Source: Octopus sinensis
Taxonomy: Eukaryota
NCBI RefSeq assembly: GCF_006345805.1
Contig: NC_043007.1
Coordinates: 62,124,001-62,188,000, forward strand
Direction: 5' to 3'
Length of the DNA: 64,000 bases
This document shows, piece after piece, positions 56,707 through 64,000 of the stretch. Each line of letters starts with the position of its first letter. The stretch's first letter is position 1. Made by a program: the position numbers and the translations under genes. The notes under the pieces are model-generated. The model saw only the letters and a list, made by a program, of their open reading frames with translations. It did no database searches and was not told where the DNA came from.

Positions 56707-57034
56707 TATATATCGAAAAAGTAGTTGGAAATTGAAAGCGCATTTCTAAATTACTGGTAATTTGGCGCTAGTGGTGTATCTATTTACAATTGGTTGAAAA
56801 GCTGCAGCGAGATTAAAAAACCGACACACGTCTTGCAAAAAAGGACGGACGTCAATAAGAACATGTAGCACACATCATGTAAGATGCTGCTATTAAAATA
56901 GTTGGTAATTATTCCCCTTACAGTGTATTCTCCTGCACAGAGTTGCTAATTAGCTCCCTTTAACAGAGTTGGTAATTATCTCCCTTTACATTGTATTTGA
57001 TGTAACACGTCGCCAGGTGATAATTAGATGGATG

Positions 57035-57530
57035 TCTGGTTTAAGCAACTCGTATAACCCCTCGTAACTTTTTTATTTTTTGGGAATTTTCAGAAAATTC
57101 TAGCGAATTTGAGTTCTATATACGGGAATTCATATGATTATGGAAAAAACATTTTGAAACCTCTCCTCCTCACCATAAATGTTAAAATTTCCACACTTTG
57201 TCGAATTTTTTTTTTTAAATCAGTTTGAAAAACGGTCAGTTCGAGTATTTGGCCAAAATACCAGCAGTGGACCACCCTTTCGTGCATCATCCTTCCCTTA
57301 AAAATGTTTAGCGGGAGTAAAATATCGAAATACATCAATACATGTCAGAGTGGCAAAGAAACGAGGACAGTATAAGGTGGTCATAGGACGTGCTGGTAAC
57401 AGCAGCTAAATCGTCCTTAAATCACATGCAATTTTTTTTCTTGCATAACCGTATGAATTCCTGAGTATAGAACACAAATGCACAAAAGTCTTCTAAAAAT
57501 TCCAAAATTTGAAGGGATGCTTAAACCAGA
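57035..57530. mobile_element. MITE/foldback element with long imperfect TIRs
   Basis: TCTGGTTTAAGCA...GTTCTATATACGGGAATTCATATGATTATG versus CATAACCGTATGAATTCCTGAGTATAGAAC...TGCTTAAACCAGA. Confidence 0.6.
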
Positions 57531-57897
57531 ATCCTGTCAATAAATGTTACTCTTTACAATGAATATAAATGCAACATGTTTCCAATAATAATTGTTTCTA
57601 TATAGGTACAAAGACAGCAATATTGAGGGGAGAGGTAGTAATCGATACCATCAACATCAGTACTTGACAAATATTTAGTATTTTATGACCATAAAAGAAG
57701 GCAAGGCGAAGTTGACTTTGGAGGAATTTGAACTCAGAAATTAAACAGCTCAAGGAGACACCACTATGCATTTTATGTGATGTGCTTACAGTTTTGCCAA
57801 CTTGCCCCTTTAACTAATGCATAAAAAATCCTTTCTACTCAAGGCACAAGGACTGAAATTCTGGAAGAGAAGCTAGTTGACCACATTGACCCCTGTA

Positions 57898-57939
<42 letters not shown>

Positions 57940-58335
57940 CGTGGTGGTGGTGGTGGTGGTGGTGATGATGATCTTTTCTATAAGCACAAGGCCTGAAATT
58001 TGGTGGGTGGGGATAAGTCGATTACATCAACCCCAGTACTTGACTGGTATTTATTTTATCAACCCTGAAACGATGAGAGGCAGAGGTGACCTCGGCAGAA
58101 TTTGAACTCAAAACATAAAGATGGACGAAATGCTGCTAGGCATCTTTCCCAGAGTGCTAACAATTCTGCTGGCTTGCAAATTTAATAACAATAATAATAA
58201 TAATCCATTCTACTATAGGCACAAGGCCTGAAATTTTGGTGGAAGAGACCAGTTGATTAGATCAATCCCAGTATGCAACTGTTACTTAATTTCTCAACCC
58301 ACAGAAGGATGAAAGGCAAAGTCAACCTCAGCAGA

Positions 58336-58387
<52 letters not shown>

Positions 58388-58672
58388 CAACAATAACAAT
58401 AACAACAGCCACGATAATAATTGTGATAATAGCATTAAGTACCAATTTGTATCTTAAAGTCGTTTAGTGTTGCAGCAATTATTAAATTTGAGCAATGTGT
58501 TATTAATGTTATCTAATGAATATCAAATTCCTAGGTAAGTCTTGTGGTTACACATGGAGATCATGAGGGAAAAGAGCACTGGAATGCAGCCAATGAAGGA
58601 AGGTGATATCAGTAGACAAGCACAGAACTGTCTATAAACATGGGATGAATCTGCTTGTTTGAAACCTACATA

Positions 58673-59917
58673 TTAGGTCGTCAAGTATGAAATTTATAGA
58701 AAAGAAAGAAAGTCTGCTAATGTTTTATAAATACAAGGAATAGTTTTATTCATCAAAGAATGCACCCATATTGTCAACACACTTTTGCCATTTCAGCAGT
58801 TGTTTGTCCATCCTGGCGATCTAGAGTCAATAAAATTTTGGAAGGCCTGTTTTACAGCATTGTCGAAATTAAATTTTTTTCCTATCAAAAAGTTATCCAA
58901 ATTCTGGAAGAAGTGGTAGTCAATGGTGGATGATGGAGAACTTCCAACTCCAACTCTTGTAATTTCGCCCATATCATTTTTGTGATGTGTGGTCTGATGT
59001 CTTGCAATAAAATAAGAGTGGATCTGTTAACTAATCTAGGCTGTTTTTTTGTAAGTTTCTGCATCATTTGGTCCAGTTGGCTGCAGTATACTTTGGCTGT
59101 GATTGATGAGCCAGGTTTAATGAAATCATAATGGATCACACTTGCGCCAGACCACCAAACACACACCATCAGCTTCTTTTCATAAATTTTGCTTTTTGAA
59201 CTGTGTTTTGGTGGCTTGACTTTGTCCAACTATAGTGCTGAACATTTACGGTTGTTGTATTGGATCTATTTCTCATCACATGTTACAATACGATTCAAAA
59301 ATGATTCATTTTTGTGACAAGAAAGTAGCATAATGCAGGCTTCAAAACATTGCTGTTTCTGATTTTCATTGAGTTCATGTGGAACCCACTTATCTAACTT
59401 TTTCACTTTACCGATTTGAACTAGGTGAGTCAATATTGTTTGCTTGCTAACACCAAACAACAATAATAATTCACAGGCACTTTGAGATGGATCTGACCCA
59501 ACAGTGGCTTTCAGTTCGTCATTATCCACCTTAGTTTCTGGTCGACTGCTTGCTCGTTTGTGAAGTCAAAGTTACCGGAACAAAATTTTGCAAACCAATT
59601 TGATACTGTCTGCTGAGTAATAACATTAGAATGAAATACTCCATTAATATTCCGAGCTGTCTGTGATACTGTATTTCCAAGAAAGAACTCATATTTCAAA
59701 ACTATATGAATTTCTGACTTATCCATCTCTAAACAAAAACAGCAAAAAATGATTTATAAATACTTTATAAAGTGCAAAATGAGTTAGGATAAATAAATAG
59801 ATGTGTCGGCTTTCTAACAAAAAGATAAAGATTGTCAAAATATAATAATGGCACAAAATGAGCGGCTGTCAAAGTTTACCATATACCGTACTACAAATTT
59901 CATACTTAACAACCTAC
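58673..59917 (-). mobile_element. Full-length decayed mariner transposon
   Basis: TIR TTAGGTCGTCAAGTATGAAATTT and its inverse, with TA flanks. MDKSEIHIVLKYEF, KWVPHEL, TCDEK. A small piece of the same family lies at ~53080-53160. Confidence 0.88.
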
Positions 59918-60677
59918 TAATTTACCTCAATAAATTTCTGTAAAGGCTTTCTGAGAGGGTTACATAACAACAAGAACAACAATAATAATAAAAATAATAA
60001 CAATATCAAATTAAAAGATCAGGAACAGTGGCAGCTTGTAGATAAAATTAATGAGGGTGCTGCCTCAGAAAATTTTTAGCCATTGTTTTAATATTGTGTA
60101 AAAGGAAACAAACATATAAAAAGAATATTTATACATAAACTTGATCGGTTCATGTTTTAGCCACTGTCAAGTAGTGTGTTTAATTTGTTCACTGAATACT
60201 GCCGTGAATTTCCCGTTGTTTTTCAAAAATCCTCCCCAAAATCACAAAATAAGGGGGGGAAAATTTGCCCTATTTTTCAAATCCAGACAGCAACACTTGA
60301 ACTGGAAGCAAGGTAATAATCTAATTCTACACTTTATCACATTCAAAAATATAAACACGCTTTTAAGCACAGCACATGTGGTGTCAAAAAGAAACACTGC
60401 CTTTCACTGACACTGAATGGATGACAGTGCTGACTCTCTCTAGCATGATGTTTCCTATCTCGGACATGTGAGTATGCGCACAACAGCCAAACACCATGAT
60501 GCTGGAACTGTGAAGCGCACAGTTCTATACAAGGATTTTTGTATTTTTTTCATAAACTAGGGGATGACTACTGACATTAAGTTTAAGGATTATATAATGT
60601 ACAAATATAAAGAAAGAATTTTAAAAAAAGGACTCATTATATTGAATGCTATCGATAATATCAAGTGGAAATAGGGG

Positions 60678-61700
60678 GTGCTGCAATTCCGCAGGGCCTA
60701 TATACAAGCTACCACTGATCAGGAAGCATTATGGAGGTGGCTTCAAAAAGGTGACCTAAAAAAGAATACTGAAAGCCTAATCATCGCTGCCCGGGACCAG
60801 GCATTGAATACCAGCTCAGTGAAAAAATACAATACAAGTGCAATGGACTTCTGCAGAATGTGTGGGAAGAGGGTCAAAAGCATGACTCACATTATTAGTG
60901 CTTGTGAAAGTTTTGCACAGAAAGAATATAAGCATAGACTCAACAAGGTAGCCTAAAATCTCCACTGGCTACTATGCCATAAGTATGGATATGGTTATGG
61001 GTGCTTGGTACCAACATACACCAGAAAAGGAAATGGACAAAAGGGGGAAGGCAAAAATCCTCTGGGACTTCGGTGATTTAATACCTTATTTGTTTGGTAG
61101 TCAAAGTCCCAGAGGATTTTTGCCTTCCCCTTTTTGTCCATTTCCTTTTCTGGTGTATGTTGGTACCAAGCACCCATAACCATATCCATACTTATGGCAT
61201 AGTAACCAGTGGAGATTTTAGGCTACCTTGTTGAGTCTATGCTTATATTCTTTCTGCGCAAAACTTTCACCTATTTTGTAATTTGGTGGGTTTTTTTGAA
61301 AAACAAGGGGGAATTCACAACAGTAACTTTTAGGAGGGACAAACAAGAGTGCCTAATAATTGACATGACAGTGCCAGGGGATCAACATATCATCATGCAA
61401 GAAAGAGAAAAGGTTAAATATGGAGACCTGAGAATTGAGATCGCTAAGCTGTGGCAGCTACGAGAGCCAACATAGAGGTTATCACTATTGTCATCGGAGC
61501 ATTGGGTTCGATTCCACCCAATCTGACAAAACATCAGAAAACTTTAGAAAACCCTACAATTTAGGTGTCTTGCAAAAGTCAGCATTATTTTGAACTGTAC
61601 ACATATTGCATAAAGTACTGTCTGTCTGAGGTCCCTCGTGACTTGACAAACAGTACAAACCCCTGGTAGACACAATATCTTTAATCAACAACCTCACAAT
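60678..61700 (+). mobile_element. R4/Dong-like RLE retrotransposon 3' part with an internal inverted duplication
   Basis: TESLIIAARDQALNT, CRMCGKRVKSMTHIISAC, ILWDF, LIIDMTVPGD, KYGDLRIEIAKLW. Confidence 0.8.
60904..61270. repeat. Near-perfect inverted repeat (~167-bp arms, 33-bp spacer)
   Basis: Arms 60904-61070 and 61104-61270; mirror ORFs on both strands. Confidence 0.92.
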
Positions 61701-62464
61701 ATTGTATACTGTGCAACATCTATAATGATAATAATAATAATAATAATAATAATGATGATGCTTTCAAATTTTGGCACAAGACCAACAATTTTGGGGGAAA
61801 GGGTAAATCGATTATATCACTCCCCCACCCGATGCTCAGCTGGTACTTATTTCATCAACCCCAGAAGGATGATAGGCAAAGTCAACCTTGGCAGAATTTG
61901 GACCCAGAATGTGAAGATGGACAAAATACTGCTAAGCATTTCACCCACCATGCTAATAATCCTGCCAGCTTGCTGCCTTATTGGCTTCAAATTTTAGCAT
62001 AAGGACACCAATTTCAGAGAAGTAAGTAAGTCGATTACATCGACTCCAGTGTTCAACTGGTACTTATTTTATTGAGTCTGAAAAGATGAAAAGCAAAGCC
62101 AACCTCAGCAGAATTTGAACTTGGAATGTAAAGATGGACGAAATACCACTAAGCACTTTGCCTGGTGTGCTGACAATTTATTTTCCACCAGGGCAAAGAA
62201 TGAGGGGGACAAAATAAAGTGTGAGAGGTTTACATATAATGAAATGATAGATAAAAGAAAGCTAAGTATATAAGTTCCACATCTGCCTTTCAACTACACA
62301 CATCTGTACTCTGGGCATAACAACCAGGAAGCAACACAGCTTACTAGTATGAAAATTTTCGTGCATATACAGGGAGGGTAGCATCACTTCTCACCCAAAG
62401 CATTTTGCACATGGCATTAGTTTAGCAGAAAAAAATAAAGTCAGATACTATTTGAACGAATTGC

Positions 62465-62499
<35 letters not shown>

Positions 62500-62642
62500 G
62501 GAGCAGCTGTGTGGTAAGAAGTTTGCTTCCCAACTACATGGTTCTGGTTTCAGTCCCTCTGTGTTGCACCTTGGGTATGTGTCTTCCAATGTAGCCTCAG
62601 GCTGATTTGGTAAACAGATACTGAAAGAAGCCCATAGTGTTT

Positions 62643-62679
<37 letters not shown>

Positions 62680-64000
62680 CTACAAATGACAATGATAAGT
62701 ATCATGAGAGAATTTTTCTTTATCAAAGGCAATGGGAAGGGGTGACCTAAAGAACAAATATGAAATCTGGAAACAGATTTCAGATAAAGGTCAAGTATGA
62801 CAAGTTACAATGTTTTGATTCATTATTTCATGGACAAAACCTGAAAAGAAAATAAACAGCAAATCCTATTCTCAACAGGGAAGATTATTCTTTTTTCGAA
62901 AGCTTCATGTAAAAGCTAACATATTTAGATAATTTTTTTGAGACAGAAGTTTGGCAGTTTTTACAAAATAACAGTATAGTTAATTCATTTTAATGAAACT
63001 ACATGAGGTTGCTTATTTTATCAATTTCCAGGTTAAAATCTAAATTAATTCTACAGAAATTAAGTGCAAACACAAGACACAGTAGCTCAAGTATCTACTA
63101 TGAGGGTATGCTAAAAAGTTCCTGGCTTTAAAGGTATTGTGAAATGCCTGATTGGAGGCCCAACTTTCTCAGTTCTTTTACGGGACTTGTGAATTTAGTA
63201 GCAGGAAACCTGCTTTCTTTTGTTATTCCTTTAATCTTTTAGTCAAGAGAGAAGGGAATACTCATGACACTTAATGGGGTTTCTGAAACCGGTGAGAAAG
63301 AATGGTGAAGGTACCCCCAAGCTGGAGACTTGGCCTAAATACTTGCAACAGAGTAAATTCCACTAGTGACACCCGAAGCACAAGGGGTGGTGTTAAGCCA
63401 GGTGATTGAATTAGTCTACCACCCAGATCTGTATGTGCATTTGTATGTGTACACAAATGTGCATGAATATTGATAACACTGTAACAAAAATTCTTTTTTA
63501 TTTTTTACTTTGGTCAATAAGTGTGTTATTTCCTATATGCTTCTATCTAGAAATCAAAGGAAATTACTACTATTCCCTTCAAACTTTGCTTTTGTCACCT
63601 ATTTTCTGACCTATTTTCCATTCATTTCCAACTGATTCAGCACTGAGTTGCTGAAGCAAAGATGTCACTATAGCAAATATTCTGCTCAATACCATAGATT
63701 TGCTTGACCCTTAGTGGCTAACAATATGTGCATCTCTGATCATGAGCAGGGTTTGAATAAAGGTAACAAAAGCAAATTCCTTGTAAACTTTAAGATCACT
63801 CAACACTTTTACTCCATAGTCTGGGCACTAAAAATCTGTAAGATGTAAGGATTGGTGACATGAAGAACATCTGGCTGTAAAATTTTACCACAATCAAGTT
63901 CCTCTCCAATCCGTGTAAGCATGAAAACAGACATTAAATGAACTTGTTTAATATCCACTTTTCCAACTTTGCACATGTCAGACAGAATTCACTGAGGCAA

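Overview
Repeat-rich, AT-rich animal genomic DNA. The tRNA-derived SINEs and microsatellite load resemble Octopus; this is recognition, not a database result. The only host gene is a minus-strand SLC46-family (PCFT/SLC46A1/A3-like) MFS transporter locus with an unusual architecture. Four paralogous ~1.13-1.25 kb exons (38808-39957, 23946-25074, 10411-11590, and a pseudogenised copy at 4655-5904) each carry their own ATG, encode about TM1-10, and end at the same phase-1 GT donor after W-x-x-Y-x. I can find only one downstream exon (84 bp, 3007-3090, about TM11), and it joins all three intact exons in frame. This suggests a UGT1A/clustered-protocadherin-like variable-exon/constant-exon transporter gene; the final exons probably lie left of the window. 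The rest is decayed mobile DNA: mariner/Tc1 elements, a tandemly duplicated Helitron PIF1 helicase, R4/Dong-like retrotransposons stacked in (TAA)n, Penelope, Gypsy, L1/Tx1, CRE, SINE concatemers, MITEs and a fold-back hairpin. TE boundaries are approximate and all alignments were done by eye.
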